Assembly: GCF_028641065.1 (NCBI RefSeq)
Contig: NC_073383.1
Span: forward strand, 45,136,001 to 45,200,000
Direction of reading: 5' to 3'
DNA: 64,000 nucleotides
Source of the DNA: Leucoraja erinacea
Taxonomy: Eukaryota
The notes beneath the pieces were generated by a model. It worked only from the letters and a program-made list of their open reading frames with translations. It ran no database searches and had not been told where the DNA came from. This document shows, piece by piece, positions 1 through 11,485 of this stretch (position 1 is its first letter; the number at the start of each line of letters is the position of its first letter). A program made the position numbers and the translations under genes.

Positions 1-133
1 TTTTGAATTCAACTATAGTTGAAACAGTACCACCTTAGTAATTCATATCTTGCCTTATTTAAAATGTGAAATGGCCGGTTGATTTAACTGGCAATATTGG
101 CATCTCACCAGACTTTGTTTGGATCTTCCCCAG

Positions 134-366
134 CTAAAAAGAGACTTGATTATGTCGAAGATTATCAAAATCTTGTCACCAACTCGGAAACACTTGATGT
201 TGAAATATTTGAAATCCCCAATGTTGGGCTCTTTGCTGCCACAGCCAATAAGAAGCCTCACCCCGGATCGACAATTTTTAAGTGGTTGAAGGGAAAATTT
301 GAACCGTATCAGAACATCACAACATATGAAGCCCAAGCATGGAAACACTTCTCCATTGGTCCTCAG
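134..366 (+). CDS. TSPEAR: TSPEAR internal coding exon (first in window; gene begins upstream of window)
   Basis: Translates [41 protein letters not shown]...[20 protein letters not shown], matching the first EAR/EPTP repeat region of vertebrate TSPEAR; acceptor ccag at 130-133, donor gtacat at 367. Confidence 0.92.
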
Positions 367-659
367 GTACATTAGAATAAGAAGCAAGAATTAAGTTGCA
401 TGAATTCAAATAACGAAAGCTGGTTCTTTAGTGATGGACCTCAACAACTAACACTTATTATTTTGGTGCTACATCCCAGCATGAACTGGCTATAGGTAGA
501 CTGAGCTCTTTTCCTTATTTTGAACCGATTACAGTGAAAGATGTGAGATGTAATACATAGATAAATTTGGTGAGATTGGAAATCAATCGAAGAGTGAAGA
601 GTGGCCTACATCGCTGAGGAAGGATATACCTGTAATAGAGGGATATACCTGTACTGTTA

Positions 660-1160
660 AGTGACTCTGTCCTACATCACATCCCAAGATACTGCCATTC
701 ACTGTGAAGGTCCTGCCATGGTTTGACTTCCCAAAGTGAACCCCCTTGCATTCCTTAGCCCACTTGCCCAGTTGCTCACAATCCTGCTGTAACTTTTTTG
801 TTAACCATCTTCACTGTCCATGATATTGCCTACTTTAGTGTCATCTACAAGCATACTAATCAGGCCTTGTCCATTCACATTCCTATGGTTGATGTAAACC
901 ACAAACCGCAATGGATCTGGTACTGATCCCTGAAGCACGGGCTTCCAATCTGAAAAACTGTTTTCAACCACCACCCTTTCTTCCATGAAGCCAATTCTCT
1001 ATCCAATTTGCTAGCTCTCCCCGTATCCCATGTCATCTAATCTTACAGAGCAGCCTACCATGCAGAACCTTATCAAAGTCCTTGCCGAACTCCATATAGA
1101 CATTGTCCTTGTCAATCTTTTTGTTTACTTCTTCAAAAAGTTTAATCAAATTTGTAAAAC
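660..1160 (-). mobile_element. Degenerate CR1 LINE RT fragment
   Basis: Minus-strand remnant QGSVPDP..FVVYIN..LVDDTKVG resembles CR1 RT motifs PQGSVLGP and FADDTK. Confidence 0.75.
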
Positions 1161-1799
1161 ACTATCTCCCACTTTCGTAACCCAAAGAAAACCATAACCA
1201 TAAAAACAGAATAGAAATGCTCTTTGAGGCACTTGGCCATCTGCGGCTCTGCAAATAGATGAAAGCTTTGGTTTCTGAAGTTATTATAAGACCTCTTATA
1301 AAATCCTGCCACAGATCCAGTTCCACTATGCGATCAGTCGTACGCTACAGATGGATGCACTTCCCAGAAGGTGCAGTCTTCATGGAAGTCTCCCATCCTG
1401 TAGGATGGGCAGGATAGTGCTCTAATTCCATCTCTACTACACTCAGACCAAAGAAGAGTTACAAAAAAAACTTCTCTCGCCGTCTCCCTATGCTCAGCCT
1501 CCTCGCAGAAGCATCTTGAGCCAAAGCTTCAACAATTACCCTCAACATAACACCTGCACCTAAAGGACACTAATGGCTGCTTCTTAAATCTACCATGCTA
1601 CTTCTCCTCTCAGCTGCTCACTCAACAGTGAAATTCTATGTCAGATCCTTTGATTTGGTCCAGGTACCTTTGTTAAAATTAGTTGGTACAGTGCTGATTA
1701 TCATCTCTACATGAAGCTGGATACAGGCATGATGCCCTGGGAGAGTGGATCTGGTCAAGTGGTCATCTAAATCAGTAAATGGATCTCCCTTTAACAAAC

Positions 1800-2135
1800 C
1801 ATGGAACCACATTGGTACAGAGACAGGTCCTTGTGCCCATCAAGTCCACACCATCCATCAAATATCCAATTAAAATAATCCTATCCTGTTCTCTCTGCAG
1901 TCCCACCAATTGCCTTGACATTCTACCACTGTCCTAGAATCTAGAGACAGTTTATGTGGCCAATTAACCCACCAACCTGTGCATCTTTGGGAGGAGGGAC
2001 GAACCTGAGCACCTGGAGGAACCCATGTGGTCATGGGGAGAACATGCAAACTCCACAAAGACAACACCTGAGGTCAGCATTGAACCCGGATCGCAATTGC
2101 CCTGAGGGAGCGGCACGACCAGCTGTGCACTGCCA
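1800..2135 (-). mobile_element. tRNA-derived V-SINE (HE1-like), degenerate
   Basis: Reverse complement has a tRNA-like head, V-domain-like ggagtttgcatgttctcccc and a CR1-type tail. Confidence 0.7.
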
Positions 2136-2274
2136 CAACTGTTTTTCTATTCTAACATTTGTAGGGTTCCTATTGTCTACATGCTGACTGTGTGAATGGG
2201 CCCTTGAGCACATTCAGTGTTAACCTGAAGACACACTGTGCCTTCTGCACAATAACAATTCTCTGCCTTTTCAG

Positions 2275-2461
2275 GTCTTCTTGGTGGTGGCCAACTTTGA
2301 AAAGAATGAACAGAACCAGGAATATTCGGTTATCTACAGGTGGAGCCGAAGGAAGATGCAGTTTATGATGTACCAGAGGTTAGCGACCCACAGTGCCCGG
2401 GACTGGGAGGCCTTTCAGATCAACGGGGAGACCTTTCTCGCTGTAGCCAACCACCGTGAAG
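2275..2461 (+). CDS. TSPEAR: TSPEAR coding exon (EAR repeat)
   Basis: [63 protein letters not shown]; acceptor ttttcag, donor gtatgc; phase 0 in / phase 1 out fits neighbours. Confidence 0.95.
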
Positions 2462-3083
2462 GTATGCTCTAATAATCTCCTGTTGACGTTTAACCATGTT
2501 CTTCCTAATGTGTTGGAATGGTCACCTTTATCTTCAGGGGGCTGGAAGACAAAAAGGCTGCAAAGGTCGGTAACGCCATCCTTAGTGTTCATAAAGTTCA
2601 TACAGCATAGAAACAATCCCCTTAGGCACTCCCTGTGTGGGTTGGTCAACATGCACCCACCTACACCGATACCATTTTCCAACACTCTGTCCATAACCTT
2701 CTATGCTCATCTAAATACTTTGAACGTTGAGAGTCTCTGCCTCCACCAACCTCTCAAGCAGTGCAGTCATGGTTTCAGACCCTCCTCAAATCCCCTCTAA
2801 ATTGAACACCCTTATCTTAAACCCGTGCCCTCCGACATAAACATTACAGCAAAGAGGGAAAGGTTTGCAGTATCTGGACCCCCTTAATTTTGTATACATC
2901 AGTCAAGTCCCCTCTCAACCTACAACCTACTCCAAGGAAAACAAGCCCAGCCTAGCAAGCCTCTCATCATAACCGGAATACTCCATCCCAGGCAACATTT
3001 TAATTAACCTCCTCTAGTGCAGTCACATCCTTGCTATATTGTGGTGACCAGACTTACACTCAGTACTCCAGCTGCTGGCTTAA

Positions 3084-3307
3084 GCCCCTGTCCCACTTAG
3101 GAAACATGAACGGAAACCTCTGGAGACTTTGCGCCCCACCCAAGGTTTCTGTGTGGTTCCCGGAGGTTGCAGGTGGTTGCCGGAGGTTGCAGGTAGTGGA
3201 AGCAGGTAGGGAGACTGACAAAAACCTCCGGGAACCGCACAGAAACCTTGGTTGGGGCGCAAAGTCTCCAGAGGTTTCCGTTCAAGTTTCCTAAGTGGGA
3301 CAGGGGC
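3084..3307. mobile_element. Palindromic MITE (PIF/Harbinger-like) inserted in a CR1 remnant
   Basis: 85-bp arms 3084-3168 and 3223-3307 with 3 mismatches, starting GCCCCTGTCCCACTT; TAA/TA flanks. Confidence 0.85.
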
Positions 3308-3755
3308 ATAACTGAACTGTTATGTAACTGTGCCATAACTTCCCTGCTCATAGATCCTGTGCTGTGGTTCCTAATGTGGCCCGCCAAGTCCCTGGTTATC
3401 CTCTTGCCCTCCTTCTACTTCTATTTGGGACATGTTTCTGTTTGGGACTCCACACACAGGAGGATTTAGTGGTCTTTGTACAGATAAGGTTTACAAGAAC
3501 AAAAATATAATCTGAAAACTGCAGATGCTGGGAACCTGAAATAAAAAAACATAAAATGATGGAAATGCTCAGTGTTTCCAGTTGTTCAGTTGGTGGAAAG
3601 AGAAATAGGGTCACTGGTAGGAAAATCAAAGTCAATGTTTCAGGTCAGAGACCCCTTTGTCTGATCTGTAAAAGATGAAAACATATTAGTTTTAAGTAAC
3701 AGGGTGAGTTGGGGAGGGATAGCTAGGTCTGATAAGGTGAAGCCAGGATTGCTTT

Positions 3756-5097
3756 AGGTATGGGAAGAGGAAAAATTAGTTAAGACCAAAGTTGGACGCT
3801 TGAAGACTGAAACAGGTGAATTTATTATGGGGAACAAGGAAATGGCAGATGAATGGAACAGGTGCTTTGGATCCGTCTTCACTAAGAAAGACACAAACAA
3901 TCTCCCTGATGTACAGATCAGTCTGAAGAAGGGATTTGGCCCGAAACGTTACCTATTTCCTTCGCTCCGTAGATGCTGCTGCACCCGCTGAGTTTCTCCA
4001 GCATTTTTGTGTACCTTCCCTGATGTACAAGTGGCCAGAGGATCTAGGGTGACGGAGGAACTAAAGGAAATTCACGTTAGGCAGGGAATGGTGTTGGGTA
4101 GACTGATGGGACTGAAGGCTGATAAATCCCCAGGGCCTGATGGTCTGCATCCCAGGGTACTTAAGGAAGAGGCTCTAGAAACCGTGGACGCATTGGTGAT
4201 CATTTTCCAATGTTCTACAGATTCAGGATCGGTTCCTGTAGATTGGAGGGTAGCTAATGTTATCCCACTTTTTACGAAAATCGAGAGAGAGAAAACAGGT
4301 AATTATAGACCAGTTAGCCTGACATCGGTGGTGGGGAAGATACTGGAGTCAATCATAAAAGATGAAATAGCGGCACTTTTGGATAGCAGTAACAGGATCG
4401 GTCCGAGTCAGCATGGATTTATGAAGGAGAAATCATGCTTGACTAATCTTCTGGAATTTTTTGAGGATGTAACTAGGAAAATGGACAAGGGAGAGCCAGT
4501 GGATGTAGTGTACCTGGACTTTCAGAAAGCATTTGATAAGGTCCCACATAGGAGATTAGTGGTCAAAATTAGAGCACATGGTATTGGGGGTAGGGTACTG
4601 AAGACATGGATAGAAAATTGGTTGGCAGACAGGAAACAAAGAGTAGGGATTAACAGGTTCCTTTCAGAATGGTAGGCAGTGACAAGTGGGGTACCGCAAG
4701 GCTCGGTGCTGGGACCGCAGCTATTTACAACATACATCAATGATTTAGATGAAGGGATTCAGTAACATTAGCAAATTTGTAGATGACACAAAGCTGGGTG
4801 GCAGTGAACTGTGAGGAGGATGCTATGAGAATGCAGGGTGACTTGGACAGGTTGGGTGAGTGGCAGATGCATGGCAGATGCAGTTTAATGTGGATAAATG
4901 TGAGGTTATCAACTTTGGTGGTAAAAACAGGAAGGTAGATTATTATCTGAATGGTGTCAAGTTGGAAAAAGGGAAAGTACAAAGAGATCTGGAGGGTCCT
5001 TGTTCATCAGTCACTGAAAGTAATCATGCAGGTCCAGCAGGCAGTGAAGAAAGCTAATGGCATGTTGGCCTTCATAACAAGAAGAGTTGAGTATAGC
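3756..5097 (+). mobile_element. CR1 LINE ORF2 fragment (RT), decayed
   Basis: KSPGPDGLHPRVLKE, NYRPVSLTSVVGK, YLDFQKAFDKVPH, GVPQGSVLGP motifs with frameshifts and stops. Confidence 0.93.
3916..4016 (+). mobile_element. Short Penelope-like (pLTR-derived) repeat with hammerhead-like core, inserted in CR1
   Basis: Flanked by 13-bp duplication TCCCTGATGTACA (3903-3915, 4017-4029); contains CTGAAGA-AGGG..CCC-GAAACGTT. Confidence 0.75.
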
Positions 5098-5240
5098 CCA
5101 GTAAACAGTGTGTGGCTGAAGTTGTGTTTCCCTGAATGCACCTTCAGTAGGAAGAAAGACTCCTTGTCTGCAATCAAAAACTTAGCTATGTGCTGTGGGG
5201 TGCAGGGTTAAACCAGTCTGGTCTGTTGTGATTGATACAA

Positions 5241-6625
5241 TCTATATATTACTAAAACTCTCATCTTGTTTGTTTGTTTGTTTGTATGCGTGCGCATGAG
5301 ATCCCAAAACCCGGCCAAAATCGTACACAATAGCGCTACAATTTTTGGTCCATCTTACACATCATTGTCCCGTGATGTTCAGATTGATGGTATATTTTAC
5401 AAGTTATTAACATTTTAAACTTTACAAAAATCGCTTTTCAAACCACTTTTCCACGGCCAACCCGTCAGCCGCGTTTGACGTCACAATGACGTCACAATGG
5501 GATCCCGAATCTCATTTACATAAAAAATCGCGGTTTTCAAAAACACTCCGTTTTAATCAAATTCTTCTTTTTTCATTAACAGCTAACATTGTGTTTAGAT
5601 TATTTTAAAGAAAAAACGCGATTTTCATTGAGAATGTAATTCAAAAAAAAGATTTTCATTGTAGGGGGATGGGAAAGGGGGGAGGTTTCATTTTTTTTAA
5701 ATCGCGATTTTCATTGTGTGGGGGTGGGATATGGGAGGTGAGGAGCGGGGGAGCAGAGAGATAGAAACATAGAAAATAGGTGCAGGAGTAGGCCATTCGG
5801 CCCTTCGAGCCTGCACCGCCATCCAATATGATCATGGCTGATCATCCAACTCAGTATCCTGTACCTGCCTTCTTTCCATACCCCCTGATCCCTTTAGCCA
5901 CAAGGGTCACATCTAACTCCCTCTTAAATATAGCCAATGAACTGGCCTCAACTACTTTCTGTGGCAGAGAATTCCACAGATTCACCACTCTCCGTGTGAA
6001 TTTTTTTTTCTCATCTCGGCCCTAAAAGACTTCCCCCTTATCCTTAAACTGTAACCCCTTGTTCTGGACTTCCCCATAGAGGGAGAGGGAGGGGGAAAGT
6101 GAGGGAGAGGGAGAGAGAGGGGAAAGTGGGGGAGTTGGGGAGGGAGAGTGGGAGGAGGGGGGAGAGAGGGAGAGAGGAGGGGAGGAGTGGGGGAGGTAGA
6201 GAGAAGGGGATAGAGGGAAGAGGAGGGCAATGGGGAGGTGAGGAGGGAGAATGGAGGAGCGGAAGAGGGGGGAGGTGAGGAGTGGGGGAGCAGGGAGATA
6301 GAGGGAAAGGAGTTATGGAGGAAGGGAGTGACTGAGGGTAAGGGAAAGGGAGGGGAGGGTGAGGGAGCAAGTGGGGGAGGGAAGGAGGAGAGGGGAAAGG
6401 AGAGGAAGGGTGAAGAGGAGGAGACGGGGTTGCTGGGGATGAGGGGGAATGGAGGTGGATAGGGGTAGGAGAAGGGATGGCGAGGCGTAGTTGGTGGAGG
6501 GTTGCCGTGACTCGCGTCACAACGGGGATCTCTCGCGTCACAACGGGAACCCCTCAGCCGCGCCTGCGCAGTTGGGGGCTATGGGTCAGTGGTGGAATAA
6601 TGCCTTGGGTTAGCACCTGGTTTAG
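5241..6625 (+). mobile_element. Non-autonomous Helitron-like element carrying a CR1 3' end and purine-rich tract
   Basis: Starts A|TCTATATATTACTAAAACTC; ends in degenerate GCACCTGGTTTAG|T resembling GCACTTGGTCTAG|T of the other copies; CR1 tail at about 5758-6075 (-). Confidence 0.65.
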
Positions 6626-7554
6626 TGATATATATTATCTACCTGCAGGGACTGACAATAGCCCATAGTGTCAGGCATTATTCAAGCTGCACAAGTATTT
6701 GGAGACCAGGCAGTAGTTTTGAACAGTAACGCAGCATTCTTCTCATTCACCTTATTATTTGAATCAACGGCTGCTGAAGCCCACGACTTCCTCTTCCTCT
6801 CCATGTAATTTCAAAAGATTTTCATGGACACGTCGATATATTACGTTTGCTTTAGTGTTTGCATTAATTAGAGTGCATATGTTAGAGTCAGGAAAAGCTT
6901 ACCTGTCAAGACCACCCACACACACCAAATATCACATTTCACTGACATAGGTTTAGGTTTGAATGAGTGGGCTTCCCAGTTCCCCGTGATGTAGCCCCAC
7001 AGAAGGTGTGGAGATTCCTGCCGTGCATGTGCTGCCACATCTGCCCTGTGCTGGCTGACGATTAAATTACCTGACAGAAGAGAATTGAACTGAAGTTGCT
7101 TTGATGGCCACGATTTGAGCTTTGTTCTGTACGTTCCGCAGGTAGAGTGTACGGGTCCTCGTTGGGTGAGTTATCTTTCAAGAAATCGCCTGTTTTCCAT
7201 CAAAGTGAGTTGCGCGTGATGAAAACATGAAGCAAAATGTTTCTGCATCAGTCATAGCCTCGGGCCAGCGTGCAGTTTTAAAGATATGTGCTCAGCCCTC
7301 AGTCTTGTAGATAGCTCATTTTGTACCCTGCCTGTACGACCTGTAGAATGACATGAAAGGGACAGGTTGCTCTGTGTGCACAGAAGGGAAAATCAAGCCC
7401 ATTTTTCTGGTGCCTTTTGTTACCCTAGAACATCCCATCATCTGTTGCAGACATCCAAGCTCTTTTGATATATAATCACTTTTATGAAAAAGCAAACAAA
7501 TTACATAGCAAGAACCTATAAACCTGCAACGACTTTGCACTCCATTTTTAGTAA

Positions 7555-7850
7555 TGTGTAGGAAGGAACTGCAGATGCTGGTTTAAACCAAAGATAGACA
7601 CGAAAAGCTGGAGTAACTCAGCAGGTCAGACAGCATCTCTGGAGAAAAGGAATAGGTGACGTTTTGGGTCGAGACCCTTCTTCAGACTGAGAGTCAGGGG
7701 AAAGGGAAATGAGAGATAAAGAGGGTGATATAGAGAGATATAGAACAAATGAATGAAAGATATGCAAAAAAGTAAGAATAATAAAGGAAACAGGCCATTG
7801 TTAGCTGTCGGCCAGGTGTAAACGTGTTACAGACAATGAATCAACAATTT
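7555..7850 (-). mobile_element. Penelope-like pLTR-derived repeat
   Basis: Reverse complement contains cagtctgaagaagggtctcgacccaaaacgtcacc...gatgctgtctgacctgctgagttactccagc, same family as 3916 and 33467. Confidence 0.7.
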
Positions 7851-8225
7851 CAAAAGATACATCTTTCATTCTGTGCACAGCCATATGATAACAGCCAGAT
7901 TATCTGCTTATCGATATTACCTGAGTGATAATTCATGGACAGGGATGCCAGGCAGAACAAAATGAGCAGGGATGTTTTATGGAACATGATATTCCTTATA
8001 TTTGAGGAAATAAGAGCAATGGGAAACTGGCACAGAAGAGGAAGTGCAGCCACCCTATATAGATCAGTTGCGATCCTATTGAAAGGCAAGGTAGGCTTGA
8101 GGGTTGGAATGGCCAAATACTGTTCCTAATCTCTTGTGTCAGTTGAAAGGCTAGTCAGGATCTGAGTTTAATAACTGACTAAAGAGATGGCACTGTCAAC
8201 AATGCAGGAGTACTACACCGGAGTG

Positions 8226-11200
8226 ATAACCATATAACAATTACAGCACGGAAACAGGCCATCTCGGCCCTACAAGTCCGTGCCGAACAATTATTCTCCC
8301 TTAGTCCCACCTTCCTGCACTCATACCATAACCCTCCATTCCCTTCTCATCCATATGCCTATCCAATTTATTTTTAAATGATACCATCGAACCTGCCTCC
8401 ACCACTTCCACTGGAAGCTCATTCCACACCGCTACCACTCTCTGAGTAAAGAAGTTCCCCCTCATGTTACTCCTAAACTTCTGTCCCTTAATTCTGAAGT
8501 CATGTCCTCTTGTTTGAATCTTCCCTATTCTCGAAGGGAAAAGCTTGTCCACATCAACTCTGTCTATCCCTCTCATCATTTTAAAGACCTCTATCAAGTC
8601 CCCCCTTAACCTTCTGTGCTGCAGAGAATAAAGACCTAACTTATTCAACCTTCTCTGTAACTTTAGTTGTTGAAACCCAGGCAACATTCTAGTAAATCTC
8701 CTCTGTACTCTCTCTATTTTGTTGACATCCTTCCTATAATTGGGCGACCAAAATTGTACACCCATACTCCAGATTTGGTCTCACCAATGCCTTGTACAAT
8801 TTTAACATTACATCCCAGCTTCTATACTCAATGCTCTGATTTATAAAGGCTAGCATACCAAAAGCTTTCTTTACCACCCTATCTATATGAGATTCCACCT
8901 TCAAGGAACTATGCACGGTTATTCCCAGATCCCTCTGTTCAACTGTATTCTTCAATTCCCTACCATTTACCATGTACGTCCTATTTTGGTTTGGCCTGCC
9001 AAGGTGTAGCACCTCACATTTATCAGCATTAAACTCCATCTGCCATCTTTCAGCCCATTCTTCCAAATGGCCTAAATCACTCTGTAGACTTTGGAAATCC
9101 TCTTCATTATCCACAACACCCCCTCTATCTTGGTATCATCTGCATACTTACTAATCCAATTTACCACACCTTCATCCAGATCATTGATGTACATGACAAA
9201 CAACAAAGGACCCAACACAGATCCCTGAGGCACCCCACTAGTCACCTGCCTCCAACCCGACAAACAGCCATCCATCATTACCCTCTGGCGTCTCCCATTC
9301 AGCCACTGTTGAATCCATCTTGCTACTCCTGCATTTATACCCAACAGTTGAACCTTCTTAACCAACCTTCCATGAGGAACCTTGTCAAAGGCCTTACTAA
9401 ACTCCATATAGACAACATCCACTGCCTTACCTTCGTCAATTTCCCTAATAACCTCTTCAAACAATTCAAGAAGATTAGTCAAACATGACCTTCCAGGCAA
9501 AAATCCATGTTGACTGTTCTTAATCAGACCCTGTTTATCCAGATGCTTTATATATATTATCTCTAAGTATCTTTTCCATTAATTTGCCCACCACTGACGT
9601 CAAACTAACAGGTCTATAATTGCTAGGTTTACTCTTAGAACCCTTTTTAAACAATGGAACAACATGCGCAGTACGCCAATCCTCGGGGACTATTCCCGTT
9701 TCTAATGACATTTGAAATATTTCTGTTATAGCCCCGGCTATTTCTACACTAACTTCCCTCAATGTCCTAGGGAATATCCTGTCAGGACCTGGAGACTTAT
9801 CCACTTTTATATTTTTCAAACGTGTCAGTACTTCTTTTACTTTGAAACTCATAGTATCCATAGCTACTCTACTAGTTTCCCTTACCTCATATAATTCAAT
9901 ATACTTCTCCTTGGTGAATACCGAAGAAAATAAATTGTTCAATATCTCCCGCATCTCTTTTGGCTCTGCAGATAGCTGTCCACTCTGTCTCTCCAATGGA
10001 CCAATTTTATCTCTCGTTACCCTTTTGCTATTAATATAGCTGTAGAAACCCTTTGGATTGACTTTCACCTTACTTGCCAAAGCAACCTCATATCTTCTTT
10101 TAGCTTTTCTAATTTCTTTCTTAAGATTCTTTTTACATTCCTTATACTCCTCAAGCACCTCATTTACTTCATGCTGCCTCTAATTATTGTAGATCTCCCT
10201 CTTTTTCCAAACAAGATGTCCAATTTCCCTTGAAAACCAGGGCTCTTTCCAATTTTTACTGTTTCCTTTCAACCGAACAGGAACATAAAGATTCTGTACT
10301 CTTAAAATGTCCCTATTAAATGTCCTCCTTTTCTCTTCTACATCCTTCCCATAAAACAAAATGTCCCAGTTCACTCCTTTTAAATCATTTCGCATCTCAT
10401 CAAAGTTAGCCTTTCTCCAATCAAAAATCTCAACCCTAGGTCCAGTTCTGACCCTCTCCATAATTATATTGAAACTAATAGTATTGTGATCACTGGACCC
10501 GAAGTGCTCCCCAACGCATACCTCCGCCACCTGTCCCGTCTCATTTCCTAACAGGAGGTCCAGCACTGCCCCTCCTCTAGTAGGTACCTCTATGTATTGC
10601 TGCAAAAAACTATCCTGCACACATTTTACAAACTCCAAACCATCCAGCCCATTTACAGAATGTGTTTCCCAGTCTGTGTGTGGAAAGTTGAAATCTCCCA
10701 CAATCACTACCTTGTGCTTACTACTAATATCTGCTATCTCCTTACATATTTGCTCTTCCAATTCTCGATACCCATTTGGCGGTCTATAATACACCCCTAT
10801 AAGTGTTGCTACACCTTTCCCACTTCTCAGTTCCACCCAAATACCCTCCCTAGATGAGCCCTCCAATCTATCCTGCCAAAGCACTGCTGTAATATCTTCC
10901 CTGACAAGCAATGCAACACCTCCACCTCTTGCCCCTCCAATTCTATCACACCTGAAGCAACGAAATCCTGGAATATTTAGTTTCCAATCACAGCCCTCCT
11001 GCAACCATGTTTCAGTGATCGCCACAACATCATACTTCCAGGTGTCTATCCAAACTCTAAGCTCATCCACCTTTCTTACAATGCTCCTAGCATTAAAATA
11101 TGCACATTTAAGAAACCTCCCGCCTCTTATTCTCTGTTTATTTCCTTTTTCTTCTTTCTCCTCTTGTGTCCGAGTGCTTCCCTTTTCTGCTTCCTGCCTC

Positions 11201-11485
11201 CCATTCTGTCTACTAGCTTTCTCTATTTGAGTCCCTCGCCCCAACTATTCTAGTTTAAAGTCTCCCCAGTAGCCTTTGCAAATTTCCCCACCAGGATATT
11301 GGTCCCCCTCGGGTTCAAGTGCAACCCATCCTTTCTGTAGTCCCACCTTCCCCAAAAGAAGTCCCAATGATCCAGAAAAAATGAATCCCTGCCCTCTGCA
11401 CCAGTCTTTCAGCCACGCATTTATCCTCCACCTCGCTCCATTCCTACTCACACTGTCGCGTGGCACAGGCAGTAATCCTGATAAC
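8226..11485 (-). mobile_element. CR1 LINE, 5'-truncated: ORF1 end, APE endonuclease, RT, 3' UTR
   Basis: FNARS, AITETWL, GDFNFP, SSDHN (APE); KSPGPD, NYRPVSL, GVPQGSVLGP, KYADDTK (RT); ORF1 remnant RINAWLKDWCRGQGF; several frameshifts. Confidence 0.95.

Noticed and set aside
55-387. 110-aa minus-strand ORF
   Set aside because: Antisense shadow of a TSPEAR exon; no independent motifs.
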